Shown in pieces: positions 27,714-37,240 of a stretch of DNA of 64,000 nt. The notes beneath the pieces were generated by a model. The model was not told the DNA's origin and made no database searches. It saw only the letters and a program-made list of their open reading frames with translations. The stretch comes from an uncultured bacterium. Lineage in GTDB: Bacteria > Planctomycetota > UBA1135 > GCA-002686595. The stretch is from positions 1,344,001 through 1,408,000 of the forward strand of contig CALSNU010000001.1 in NCBI GenBank assembly GCA_943787795.1, written 5' to 3'. Made by a program: the position numbers and the translations under genes. How positions within the stretch are numbered: the stretch's first letter is position 1; each line of letters opens with the position of its first letter.

Positions 27714-29942
27714 GTGAGCGACCAACCCCAACCCGAGCCGGCGCCCCCCTCGGCGCTCGAACTCCTCCAGGAGAGGGTGGTGCCCGCCGTCGTGGCGTTC
27801 GCGCTCGTCGGCCTCGTGGACGGGGCGGTCCGGGTGCTCGGGGTGGACCCGGGGCTGTTCCTGCTCCAGGTCCAGCACTTCGGCTTCATGGAGGCCCTGG
27901 GCATGGGGGCCCCGGCGTGGGGCCAGGTGCCCCTCCGCCTCCTGTCCCTCTGCCAGGCCGTCTTCCAGTACGGCGTCGCCGGCCTCCTGCTTGGCCTCCT
28001 GCTCGGAGCGTGGACCGCGGGCGTACGACCGCTCTTCGGGCTCCCCAGGCTCGAGGGCGCCGCGGGCACGCGGCGCACCTTCTCGCTGGTGCTCGGCGGC
28101 TGGCTCGCGGTGGCGCTCTACTGGTGGACGCGGTCGGTCGTCTACTCGGGGCTCCCCGCGACCGACCCCCGGCGCCTCGGCGCGGCCGGGCTGATCCTCG
28201 TGGTCGGTCTTGTGCTCGGCGCTGCGCTCGTGCGATTCACCCCGGTGGCCCGCCTGCGCCGGATGCGGTTCCTGCTGGCCCTGATGGCGGCAGTGGGAGC
28301 CGGATGGGGCGCCGTCCACTGGGGCAGGGCTGAGGATCGCGGCCGGATCCAGGGTGCCAACGAGGGGGTGCCCAACGTGCTGCTCGTGGTGGTGGACGCC
28401 CTGCGCCAGGACACGCTGGGGCCCTATGGCGATAGCGAGGTGCACACCCCGAGCTTCGACCGGCTTGCAGCGGAGGGCGTGACGTTCATGGACGCGCGCA
28501 CCCAGGCGCCCTTCACCTGGCCGAGCTTCGGCTCCTTCCTCACGGGCAAGGTGCCGCGCCGCCACGGGCTGATTCGCATGGAGCCAGGGCTGAGGATGCC
28601 CGTGAATGCGACCCTGCCGATCCTCCTGAAGGATGCGGTCACCTCGGGCGGTGAGCCGCTGGAGGAAGAGGACTGGATCGCCGGCGCCTTCATGACCGGC
28701 ACCCTCTCCCACGGCTCTGGATTGCTCGGGGGCTTCGACGCCTACTTGGAGGCGTTGGTTGGGCACGACCTCGTGGACGTGCATGACGACTGGAGCGAGT
28801 TCCGCTCGGGGCTCCTTCCCTGGTTGGTCTTCAACAAGCTGAGCCAGAAGGCGGACCGGCACCTGGTGACCACCACGGCGGAGGCGTGGCTGCGGGAGCA
28901 CGCGGACCGGCGCTTCATGGCGATGGTGCACCTGTACTCGACGCACACGCCCTACGACCCGGCGCCCGAGTTCCGGGAGCGGCACCTGGACCCTGCCTAC
29001 GACGGACCCATCTCTGCCTTCTACGCGGCCCAGCGCGAGGCGATCGAGGAGGGAAAGTACACGTTGACCGAGGCGGACGAGCTCCGTATCCGCCGCCTCT
29101 ACCTCGCGGGCGTGGAGCAAGCCGACCGGATGATCGGGCGCCTGATCGAGACGCTGGAGGCGACGGGCACCCTGGACAAGACCGTGGTGATCGTCACCTC
29201 GGACCACGGGGAGTCCCTGGGCGAGCACGGGCTCTGGGAACACAACTGGATGTACGAGGACAACCTGCGCGTGCCGCTCCTCATCCGCTATCCCGCCGGA
29301 TTGCCGCGGGGCGTCCGGGTCGAGGGCCTCGTGGACACCATCGACCTCCTGCCCACGATCTTCGACCTCGCCGGGTTGGAGGCGCTGGAGCACGCGGACG
29401 ACGCCGAGGCGGCGTTGGGCGTCGACCGGCTGAGCCAGCAGGCGCCACCTGGTGCGCCGGGCGGCGTCGAGGAGATCGACAGGGACGCCATCTTGCGGAG
29501 CCGCCGCCTCTGGGACGCCATCGACGGTCGCTCACTGGTCCCGCTGGTTCGGGGCGAGGCGGGACCGCCTCGGCCCGTGGCCTTCGCGGAGAACGGGCGC
29601 TACTTGTCGGCCCAAGATGAGCGCTGGAAGCTGATCGTCCGTCGGGAACTGGTACGCGATATGTCACTCGAGGACCTGCTGCGCGAGCCGGAGCTGCCGC
29701 GCCTCTTCGACCTCGAGCAGGACCCCCTGGAGCTCGCGGGGCGCTTCGACGCCGCAGACCCCGAGGCCATGGCCGCGGCTGGGATGCTCTTCCAGGCCCT
29801 CCGCGAGCACAGCGCGCGCCTCCCCATCCGGGAGAGCCAGGTTGTTCGGGGCAAGCGGGACCTGCGGGCCGAGGGGCTCTTCAGGAGCCTGGGCTATGGC
29901 GGCGGCGTAGGCGCGGAGGATGGGGGTGGCGAGGATGACTGA
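27714..29942 (+). CDS. Membrane-anchored sulfatase/alkaline-phosphatase superfamily protein lacking the formylglycine motif
   Basis: About 5 N-terminal TM helices; PNVLLVVVDALRQD, TWPSF..FLTG, HLYSTHTPY, TSDHGE, C-terminal FRSLGY. Confidence 0.87.
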   Translation: MSDQPQPEPAPPSALELLQERVVPAVVAFALVGLVDGAVRVLGVDPGLFLLQVQHFGFMEALGMGAPAWGQVPLRLLSLCQAVFQYGVAGLLLGLLLGAWTAGVRPLFGLPRLEGAAGTRRTFSLVLGGWLAVALYWWTRSVVYSGLPATDPRRLGAAGLILVVGLVLGAALVRFTPVARLRRMRFLLALMAAVGAGWGAVHWGRAEDRGRIQGANEGVPNVLLVVVDALRQDTLGPYGDSEVHTPSFDRLAAEGVTFMDARTQAPFTWPSFGSFLTGKVPRRHGLIRMEPGLRMPVNATLPILLKDAVTSGGEPLEEEDWIAGAFMTGTLSHGSGLLGGFDAYLEALVGHDLVDVHDDWSEFRSGLLPWLVFNKLSQKADRHLVTTTAEAWLREHADRRFMAMVHLYSTHTPYDPAPEFRERHLDPAYDGPISAFYAAQREAIEEGKYTLTEADELRIRRLYLAGVEQADRMIGRLIETLEATGTLDKTVVIVTSDHGESLGEHGLWEHNWMYEDNLRVPLLIRYPAGLPRGVRVEGLVDTIDLLPTIFDLAGLEALEHADDAEAALGVDRLSQQAPPGAPGGVEEIDRDAILRSRRLWDAIDGRSLVPLVRGEAGPPRPVAFAENGRYLSAQDERWKLIVRRELVRDMSLEDLLREPELPRLFDLEQDPLELAGRFDAADPEAMAAAGMLFQALREHSARLPIRESQVVRGKRDLRAEGLFRSLGYGGGVGAEDGGGEDD

Positions 29943-31161
29943 GCCCGCCTCCCTGGAGCCGCCGTTGATCCTCGCGGCGAACGCCCGCATGCCGTCAGCC
30001 CGGGCGCAGTCCGTGCAGCTGTGTCGGGCGGCCCAGGCCTTCCAAGGGGCTGGCACAGACACCGTGGTGCTCCACGCCGCGAGGCGGGACACCCCACGGG
30101 CGCGGCCGGAGGAGGTCTGGGCGCAGCTCACCACCCTGCCCACCGCCTCGACCTCTGAGGGGGCCGCGATCCCGCCGCGACGGGGGTGGCCGGGGCTGAT
30201 GGCGGCGAGCTGCGTCGACTGGATCGACCTCGTCCCCAGACCCCTCCAGTTCATTCCGGCCCGCCTCCAGGAGTGGAGCTTCGGCCGCTCGGCCGCGCGG
30301 ATCATCCAGTCGAGGTTCCAGGGAGCACGGGTGCTCGCCCGCGACCTCGAGATCGCCGTTCACCTCCTGGGCCGTCCTGGCGTGGCGCTGGAGCTCCACC
30401 GCGTCCCCGGTGGACGCACCCGCCGCCGGTGGCTGCGCCGGTGCGTGGACGGCGGGATGCCCGTGGTCGCCATCAGCGGGGGGGTGCGCGGTGACCTCGA
30501 GGCCCTCGGGGTCCCGCCCGACCGGATCACGGTGGAGCACGACGCCCATGACCCTGCGCTCGTGGACGCGCTCCCGGAGCGGGCCGCAGCCCGCGAGTCC
30601 CTCGGGCTCGACCCTGACGTGGGGGTCGTCCTGTACGCGGGCGGGCTCCTGCGCTGGAAGGGCGTCGACGTCCTCGTGGACGCTGCGCGTCAGGACCTGC
30701 TCGGGGGCGCCACCGTCCTGATCGTGGGGGGGATGGAGGCTGACGTCGCCGCCCTCCGCCAGCGGGCCACGGGGCTCTCGACGGTGCAGGTTCTCGGGCA
30801 CCGGGCCGCCCACGAGATCCCGAGCTTCCTGGCGGCGGCCGACGTCGGAGTGGTGCCGAACCGGCGGACGCCGAGGATCAGCTCCCACCACACCTCACCC
30901 CTCAAGGTCTTCGAGGCCATGGCCGCAGAGCTCCCCCTGGTGGTGAGCGACCTGCCGAGCCTGCGGGACGTGCTGCGCGCCGACGAGGCGGTCTTTGTGG
31001 AGCCCGAGTCGCCCGAGGCGCTCGGGCGAGGCGTCGTGGGGCTGCTCGAGGACGCGGGCGAGCGCCACGCCCTGGCGGCCCGCGCCCACGAGTCGGTGCA
31101 GGCCAACACCTGGGGCGCCCGGGCGAGGCGCATCCTGACCTTCATGGAGCGACTCGCGTGA
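29935..31161 (+). CDS. Glycosyltransferase family 4
   Basis: ANARMPSARAQSVQ, YAGGLLRWKGV, TSPLKVFEAMA. Confidence 0.88.
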   Translation: MTEPASLEPPLILAANARMPSARAQSVQLCRAAQAFQGAGTDTVVLHAARRDTPRARPEEVWAQLTTLPTASTSEGAAIPPRRGWPGLMAASCVDWIDLVPRPLQFIPARLQEWSFGRSAARIIQSRFQGARVLARDLEIAVHLLGRPGVALELHRVPGGRTRRRWLRRCVDGGMPVVAISGGVRGDLEALGVPPDRITVEHDAHDPALVDALPERAAARESLGLDPDVGVVLYAGGLLRWKGVDVLVDAARQDLLGGATVLIVGGMEADVAALRQRATGLSTVQVLGHRAAHEIPSFLAAADVGVVPNRRTPRISSHHTSPLKVFEAMAAELPLVVSDLPSLRDVLRADEAVFVEPESPEALGRGVVGLLEDAGERHALAARAHESVQANTWGARARRILTFMERLA

Positions 31162-32333
31162 AGGTGCTCTTCCTCACGGACTCCCTCTCCGAGCTCGACG
31201 GGGTCGGCCGATACTCGGTCCGCCTGATCGAGGCCCTCGAGCGTCAGCGGCCAGGTCTGGAGGTGCAAGTGCTGCTCGCGCGCAAGCACCGGCCGACCTC
31301 GCCGGAGGTCCCGGGCCGCTGGCAGGTCGACGTGGCGCTACCCCCGGACTACTTCTTCTACATGACGCCGGCGCGCTTCCTGGTCTCGCGGCTCCTCTCC
31401 ACGTGGAAGACCTTCCGCGCGGCCCGCAAGGCGGACCTTGTGCACGCCATCAAGGACTTCCCACACAGTCTCGTGGCGGTGGACGCGGCGCGTCTCGCCG
31501 GCAAGCCCTGCGTCGCCACCGGTCACGGCACCTACACCATCCAGCCGGTCCTTGACGAGCGGCACCGGTCCCGGGCGCTGTCGGCCTACCGGCGCTTCGC
31601 CGCCTTGATCTCGGTGTCGCGCTATACGCGTGAGCGGCTGCTTGGCATCGTGCCGCCCGAGGTCTTGCCGCCGGCGCGGGTGCACGTCATCCCGAACGCC
31701 GTGGACGCCGAGAGCTTTGTGGAGCCCAGGGAGCTTGACGGGCAGCCGTGGCACGGCCGCCGGTTCACCCTGGGGATCGGCGAGCTCAAGGAGCGCAAGG
31801 GCCACCACCTGGCGCTCGAGGCGTGGCTCCGCGTCGCCAGGGACCAGGACGACCTGCACCACTTCATCGTCGGCAACCGCGCGGGTGATCCGTACGAGGA
31901 GCAGCTGCTCGCCATGGCGAGCGACGCGGGGCTCGGGGACCGGGTGCACCTGGTGGGGAACGTCAGCGAGGACCAGAAGATCGACCTCCTGCAGCGCGCG
32001 GAGGTCTTCCTGCACACCCCGGTCACGGCCGCAGATGGCGGCTTCGAGGGCTTCGGGATCGTCTACCTGGAGGCGGCGGCGGCCGGGACGGTGGCCATCG
32101 GGACCCTCGACTCGGGCGCCGAGGACGCCATCGTGGACGGCGATTCGGGGTGCCTGGTGGCGCAGGAGGCGGACGCCGTCGAGTCGGCGCTGCGTGAGGT
32201 CCTCTCGGACGACGGCCTGCGCTCGCGGCTCGCCGCGGGCGCGCGCGCCCACGCGGCGGCCTCCTCATGGGACGAGAACGCCCGGCGCGTCCTGGAGATC
32301 TACGACGCCGTCGCAGGTGGGGGGGCGAAATGA
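31158..32333 (+). CDS. Glycosyltransferase family 4
   Basis: GTGA overlap; IPNAVD, ERKGH, FEGFGIVYLEA. Confidence 0.92.
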   Translation: MKVLFLTDSLSELDGVGRYSVRLIEALERQRPGLEVQVLLARKHRPTSPEVPGRWQVDVALPPDYFFYMTPARFLVSRLLSTWKTFRAARKADLVHAIKDFPHSLVAVDAARLAGKPCVATGHGTYTIQPVLDERHRSRALSAYRRFAALISVSRYTRERLLGIVPPEVLPPARVHVIPNAVDAESFVEPRELDGQPWHGRRFTLGIGELKERKGHHLALEAWLRVARDQDDLHHFIVGNRAGDPYEEQLLAMASDAGLGDRVHLVGNVSEDQKIDLLQRAEVFLHTPVTAADGGFEGFGIVYLEAAAAGTVAIGTLDSGAEDAIVDGDSGCLVAQEADAVESALREVLSDDGLRSRLAAGARAHAAASSWDENARRVLEIYDAVAGGGAK

Positions 32334-33580
32334 ACGTCCTCTTCTTCTGCGAGATCGCCGACCCCGGCGTGGGCTCCAGCGTGCGGCAGATGTACGGCCT
32401 CGCCCGGGAGCTCCGGGCACGGGGGCACAAGACGGCGGTGGTGGCCACGGTCCGAGAGGCCGCGGACGCCACGCCGACGGTGATCGAGGGCATGACGGTC
32501 TTCCGGCTGCACTCGGACTATCCGCTGCGCTGGAGGGGCTGGGTGTCCCTCCGCAATCGCGCCATCGAGCGGCCCCTCGCCGCCGTGCTGGGGGAGTTCC
32601 GGCCGGACGTTGTCCACGCCCACCTGGTGCACACGCACCTGGGGTACCACTCCTTGACCATGGCGAAGCAGGCGGGGGCGCGGGTGATCTTCACCTCCCA
32701 CGACGCCATGACGTTCTGCTATCAGAAGCTCACCTGTTTCCACGGCGGCGAGGCGCACGGCGGCGAGCTGGATGACGTGGTCGCCCGGGCGAGCAAGTGC
32801 ATCCCGTGCCAGCGCTTCCGCTTCCGCCCGGGCCGCAATCGACGCATCAAGGAGGTGCTGGAGCGGGACGTGGACCGCGTGACGGTCGTGTCCGATGAGC
32901 TGGGGCGCGTGATGCGGGCCAACGGGCTCCCCGTCCACCGGACCGTGCACAACGCGCTGGAGCTCAGCGAGGCCCCGGAGGCTGCGGCGGTGGAGGCGTT
33001 CCGCTCACGCCACGGCCTCACGGGCTGCCAGGTGCTGGCGATCGGCGGCCGGCTTCACGAGCAGAAGGGCGTGGGCAAGCTGCTGGAGATGCTGGCGCTC
33101 CTCCGCCCCGAGTTCCCAGGGGTGCGGCTCATCGTGATGGGCCGCCGGGAGACCTACGACGGCGAGTTCAGGCCCCATGCGGCGAGCCTCGGTGTGGAGG
33201 ACCTGGTGGTCCCCACCGGCTGGCTGGGCCCCGAGGAGCTGCCGCTCGCCTACGCCGCCGCGGACGTCTTCGTGACGCCCTCCCTGTGCTTCGACACCTT
33301 CGGGATCGTGAACCTCGAGGCCATGGAGCAGCGCCGGCCGGTGGTGGCCACCCGCTTTGGCGGGTCCATGGAGGTCGTGGAGGACGGGGTCTCGGGCTTC
33401 ATCGAGAACCCATTTGATGTCCCCGCCTACGCGGAGCGCATCGCGGGCCTCCTGCGGGACGGCGAGCTGCGGACGAGGATGGGGGAGGCCGGGCGTGCGG
33501 CGCTCGTGGAGCGGTTCTCCATGGGGAGGCTCGCCGACGAGTTCCTGGACGAGTACACGGCCAGCGAAGCGCCCCAGTGA
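32330..33580 (+). CDS. Glycosyltransferase family 4 with Cys-rich insertion
   Basis: ATGA overlap; PDVVHAH, GRLHEQKG, FDTFGIVNLEAM; HDAMTFC..C...CIPC. Confidence 0.9.
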   Translation: MNVLFFCEIADPGVGSSVRQMYGLARELRARGHKTAVVATVREAADATPTVIEGMTVFRLHSDYPLRWRGWVSLRNRAIERPLAAVLGEFRPDVVHAHLVHTHLGYHSLTMAKQAGARVIFTSHDAMTFCYQKLTCFHGGEAHGGELDDVVARASKCIPCQRFRFRPGRNRRIKEVLERDVDRVTVVSDELGRVMRANGLPVHRTVHNALELSEAPEAAAVEAFRSRHGLTGCQVLAIGGRLHEQKGVGKLLEMLALLRPEFPGVRLIVMGRRETYDGEFRPHAASLGVEDLVVPTGWLGPEELPLAYAAADVFVTPSLCFDTFGIVNLEAMEQRRPVVATRFGGSMEVVEDGVSGFIENPFDVPAYAERIAGLLRDGELRTRMGEAGRAALVERFSMGRLADEFLDEYTASEAPQ

Positions 33581-33798
33581 CGTGTCAGGCCGTCGCAGGG
33601 TAGGCCCTGCGTGCATCAACCTGGGAACTCACCGCTCCTGGGGCGTGAATAAGCCGATACTCGGTACGAGTCCAGAGTGTCGACGGCTCTCTCCTGAGCG
33701 TCGTAGACTTCAGCCCCATCCCATCGGTTGGAGTTGAGGCTCTCCCGGCCTCCAGGATATTCCTTATCGCCCGCGCCACCCCGCAGGGGTCGCCCACG

Positions 33799-35205
33799 AT
33801 GCAGAAGACACTTCTCACCTACGTCAAGCCGCACGTCCAAGAGGATCCCCTTTCGATGATCCTCGGCATCGGCTACCTCGGCGCCCAGATGGAGCGCGAG
33901 GGACTCCCGATCGCCCTGCATGACGAGCGCATCGGCACCGACCAGGAGATGAAGGCCGCGATCGACGCCAATGACATCATCGGCTTCAGCGCGCTGACCC
34001 CGAACATCCGCCGCGCGATCGCCTGGGCGAAGTACGCCAAGGAGCAGGGCAAGACCACCGTCATGGGTGGACCGCACGCCTCGGTAGACCAGGGCGTCTT
34101 CCTCGACAGCGGCCACTTCGACTACGTCCTCAAGGGCGAGGCGGAGCACACCCTCCCGCAGCTCATCCGCGGGATCGAGGGCAACGATGACAAGGCGCTC
34201 CAGGATGTGGCGGGGCTCGCCTCCATGCGTGAGGGCGAGCTCTGGGTGGACAACCCCGCGCCGCCGCTCATCAAGAAGCTCGACGAGCTCCCGATTCCCG
34301 CCCGGCACCTCCTGCCGATGGAGTCGTACTTCAAGAACAACCCCGAGCACCTCTGCTACATCTTCACCACGCGCGGATGCCCCTTCAAGTGCATCTTCTG
34401 CCAGAAGGAGCTCACGGGCCGCGGCTTCCGGGTCCGCTCGACCGAGGCGATCGTCGACGAGCTCGAGCACATCATCAAGACCTACGACCCGGGCGTGATC
34501 CTGTTCGTCGATGAGATCCTCACGCTCAGGAAGAAGCGCATCCACGAGATGTGCGACGAGATCATCCGCCGCGGGCTGAAGTTCGAGTGGGTCGCCAACA
34601 CGCGCGCCGACTGCGTGGACTACCCGCTGCTCAAGCACATGCACCGCGCCGGCTGCCGCCGGATCTACTACGGCTGGGAGTCCGGCTCCCAGCGCATGCT
34701 GGACGTGCTCAAGAAGGACCTCACCCCCGAGGTGATCGTCAACGCCGCCAAGATGACCCGCCGCGCGGGCATCTGGGCCAAGGTCTACCTGATCGTGGGT
34801 TCGCCCGGCGAGACGCCTCAGGACGTGGCGGAGACCGAGAAGGTCCTCCGGCTCGCCGGCCCGGACCTGATCCGGATCTCGGTGTTCAACCCGCTGATCG
34901 GCACCGAGTCCTGGGACAACTACCAGGCCTCCATCGACATCTCCGACCTGTCGGAGAACTACGTGTCGTCCAACCGCTCCGGCTACAAGCACGAGCACTT
35001 CAGCCAGATCGAGCTGGAGGAGCTGCGCAAGCGCATGGTCCGCTCCTACGAGCAGTGGTACTACTCGATGCCGCAGCGCCTGCGCCGGGTCTACGAGCGC
35101 GCGCTCTACTACATCGAGAACCCGCAGCACGGACGCAAGCGCGTCGGTCGCGCGGTGGGCCTCGTGCCCGCGCCCCAGCGTCACGTCGTGACGAGCCACC
35201 ACTGA
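33799..35205 (+). CDS. B12-binding-domain radical SAM protein (class B methyltransferase-like)
   Basis: GGPHAS and GEAE in the cobalamin domain; TRGCPFKCIFC (CxxxCxxC); GWESGSQRML; GSPGET. Confidence 0.92.
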   Translation: MQKTLLTYVKPHVQEDPLSMILGIGYLGAQMEREGLPIALHDERIGTDQEMKAAIDANDIIGFSALTPNIRRAIAWAKYAKEQGKTTVMGGPHASVDQGVFLDSGHFDYVLKGEAEHTLPQLIRGIEGNDDKALQDVAGLASMREGELWVDNPAPPLIKKLDELPIPARHLLPMESYFKNNPEHLCYIFTTRGCPFKCIFCQKELTGRGFRVRSTEAIVDELEHIIKTYDPGVILFVDEILTLRKKRIHEMCDEIIRRGLKFEWVANTRADCVDYPLLKHMHRAGCRRIYYGWESGSQRMLDVLKKDLTPEVIVNAAKMTRRAGIWAKVYLIVGSPGETPQDVAETEKVLRLAGPDLIRISVFNPLIGTESWDNYQASIDISDLSENYVSSNRSGYKHEHFSQIELEELRKRMVRSYEQWYYSMPQRLRRVYERALYYIENPQHGRKRVGRAVGLVPAPQRHVVTSHH

Positions 35206-35245
35206 GCGCGGCGGGCGAGCCGCGCAAGGCTCGCACGGGAACGAA

Positions 35246-35281
35246 ACGGGCGGCCCCGCAGATCACTGCGGGGCCGCCCGT
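35246..35281. terminator. Probable bidirectional intrinsic terminator between convergent genes
   Basis: Perfect 16-bp stem ACGGGCGGCCCCGCAG / CTGCGGGGCCGCCCGT with ATCA loop; short T-rich tails on both strands. Confidence 0.75.
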
Positions 35282-35382
35282 GTTGATGTGGCGGTCGCTG
35301 CGGGGCGACCTCTGCGGGCCCGGCCGTCGGTGCCCCCGGCCGTCGGTGGAGCTAGGCCCCAATGGGGCGTGCGCTCGAGCGA

Positions 35383-37050
35383 TCAGCCGAGCCGCGCGGC
35401 CACGCCGTCGACCAAGGCTTGCTCTCTGCGCCGGGCCTCTTCCTCCATGGCCCCGGCCTCGGCGAGGAACCGGGCCTTGGCGGCCTCATCGGTCAGGTCC
35501 TGAGCATTGATGCGCACGTTCAAGCCCGCGCCGAGCACGGCCGTCCGGGTGCAGAGGGCGCCCACGGCAGCGTCCGACAGGGAGGCCTCCATGCCCTTCT
35601 CTGCCATGGCCTCGCAGATCCCCATCGCGTCGAGGGAGGTACGCATGACGCGCAAGGGGACCTCGATGGCGTAGCGGGTGGCGTCCTGGATCGCCGCGGC
35701 GCGCTGGGCCTCGTCGGCCTTCCAAGCGGCCATGATCCGGTTGAAGGCCTCCGTGTCCTCGTCCACGAGCTCCAGCAGGGTGTCGTGGCAGCGCTTGCCG
35801 GCCACGGCGACCTCGGAGAACTCCTCCCAGCGGTCGTCCCAGCCGCGCTTGTGGCTGGAGAGGTTGGCGACCATGGTCCCGAGGGCCGCGCCGAGGGCGC
35901 CCACCGCAGCGGCCACCGAGCCGCCGCCAGGGGCCGGGGACTCGGAGGCGGTCTCGTGGACGATCTCCTCCACGGTCATGTCCACGAGGCGCTTGCGGGC
36001 GCCGTCGCGGATCGCGTACTCGATGACTCGCTTGCTCGGGTCGAAGGGACTGAGCTCGTCGAGCCCCATGGTGCGGACGGCGATCTTGATCAGCTCGGCG
36101 TCGCTCACGCCCAGCGAGCGGCCCTGCTTGGCGAGGTAGTGACGGCCCGCATCGAGCAGGACGGCGAGGGGCACGAGGCCGACGATCTCCGAGCCGGTGA
36201 CCCGGATGCCGCGGGCGGCGGCGCGCGCCTCGCAGGCGTCGAAGGCCAGGTGGACCGGGGTCACCGAGAGGTCGGTGAGGTTCATGGAGATCTGAGCCAC
36301 CCCGTACTCCTCGATGAACCAGCCGATGCCCTTGCATGCCTTGAGCAGCCCGGGCTGCCACACGGGGTCGCCGGCGGCGTCGCGCACCACCTCGCCAGTG
36401 AGCGGGTCCGGCTCGCGCTTGATGCGCCCCTTCTCCCGCACGTCGAAGGCGATGGCGTTGGCGCGCCTCGACGAGGTGGTGTTCAGGTTGACGTTGTAGG
36501 CCACGAGGAAGTCGCGGGCGCTCACGGCGGTGGCCCCGGTCCTCGGCTGGAACGTGGCGGGCCCGAAGTCGGGCTTCCACTCTTCGGTGCCCACGCGCGC
36601 CGCGAGGCCCTCGTACTCACCGGCGCGAACCACCGCCAGGTTGCGACGCCCCTCGGAGAAGGCCGCGTTCTCGTAGCAGTAGATGGTCAGGCCGACCTCC
36701 TCGCCGAGCCGCCGGGCGAGGGTGCGAGCGTGCTCGACCGTCTCCTCCATGGTGATCCCCGAGACCGGCACCAGGGGGCAGACGTCCATGCCGCCGAAGC
36801 GCGGGTGCTCGCCGCTGTGGCTCGACATGTCGATCCGCTCGGCGCCGACCCTGGCGGCCTGGACGGCGGCCTCGATGACCGGCTCGGGTTCACCGACGAA
36901 GGTGAACACCGTGCGGTTGGTGGCCTTGCCCGGGTCCACGTCGAGGAGTGTGACCCCGTCCACGGCGCGGACGGCGCTCGAGATGGCCTCGAGGACCGCA
37001 GGGTCGCGACCCTCCGAGAAGTTGGGGACGCATTCGATGAGCTTGGCCAT
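35383..37050 (-). CDS. ftcD: Bifunctional glutamate formimidoyltransferase / formimidoyl-THF cyclodeaminase
   Basis: MAKLIECVPNFSEGR, HPRFGGMDVCP, AYNVNL, QISMNL; cyclodeaminase SPAPGGGSVAA, NVRIN. Confidence 0.93.
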   Translation of the reverse strand: MAKLIECVPNFSEGRDPAVLEAISSAVRAVDGVTLLDVDPGKATNRTVFTFVGEPEPVIEAAVQAARVGAERIDMSSHSGEHPRFGGMDVCPLVPVSGITMEETVEHARTLARRLGEEVGLTIYCYENAAFSEGRRNLAVVRAGEYEGLAARVGTEEWKPDFGPATFQPRTGATAVSARDFLVAYNVNLNTTSSRRANAIAFDVREKGRIKREPDPLTGEVVRDAAGDPVWQPGLLKACKGIGWFIEEYGVAQISMNLTDLSVTPVHLAFDACEARAAARGIRVTGSEIVGLVPLAVLLDAGRHYLAKQGRSLGVSDAELIKIAVRTMGLDELSPFDPSKRVIEYAIRDGARKRLVDMTVEEIVHETASESPAPGGGSVAAAVGALGAALGTMVANLSSHKRGWDDRWEEFSEVAVAGKRCHDTLLELVDEDTEAFNRIMAAWKADEAQRAAAIQDATRYAIEVPLRVMRTSLDAMGICEAMAEKGMEASLSDAAVGALCTRTAVLGAGLNVRINAQDLTDEAAKARFLAEAGAMEEEARRREQALVDGVAARLG

Positions 37051-37240
37051 TTCGGTGCAGGGTCGCCCAGGTGGGCGCGATGGGGGGCCGCCGGGAGGGG
37101 CGGTGGGGCGGAGAGTCCGACCCGCGGGCGCGGGGCGGGCGACCGTTCTATCAGACCGATCCCGGCGCGTCTCGCCGGTAGGTGCGGTCGAACTCACCTT
37201 CGGACCGCTACCATCTCGACACGGCCACGCCCGACGATCC

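Noticed and set aside
33581..33798. Cobalamin riboswitch upstream of the B12 radical SAM gene
   Set aside because: No recognisable B12-box pattern; only a 7-bp hairpin at 33594-33611. An Infernal/Rfam scan would settle it.
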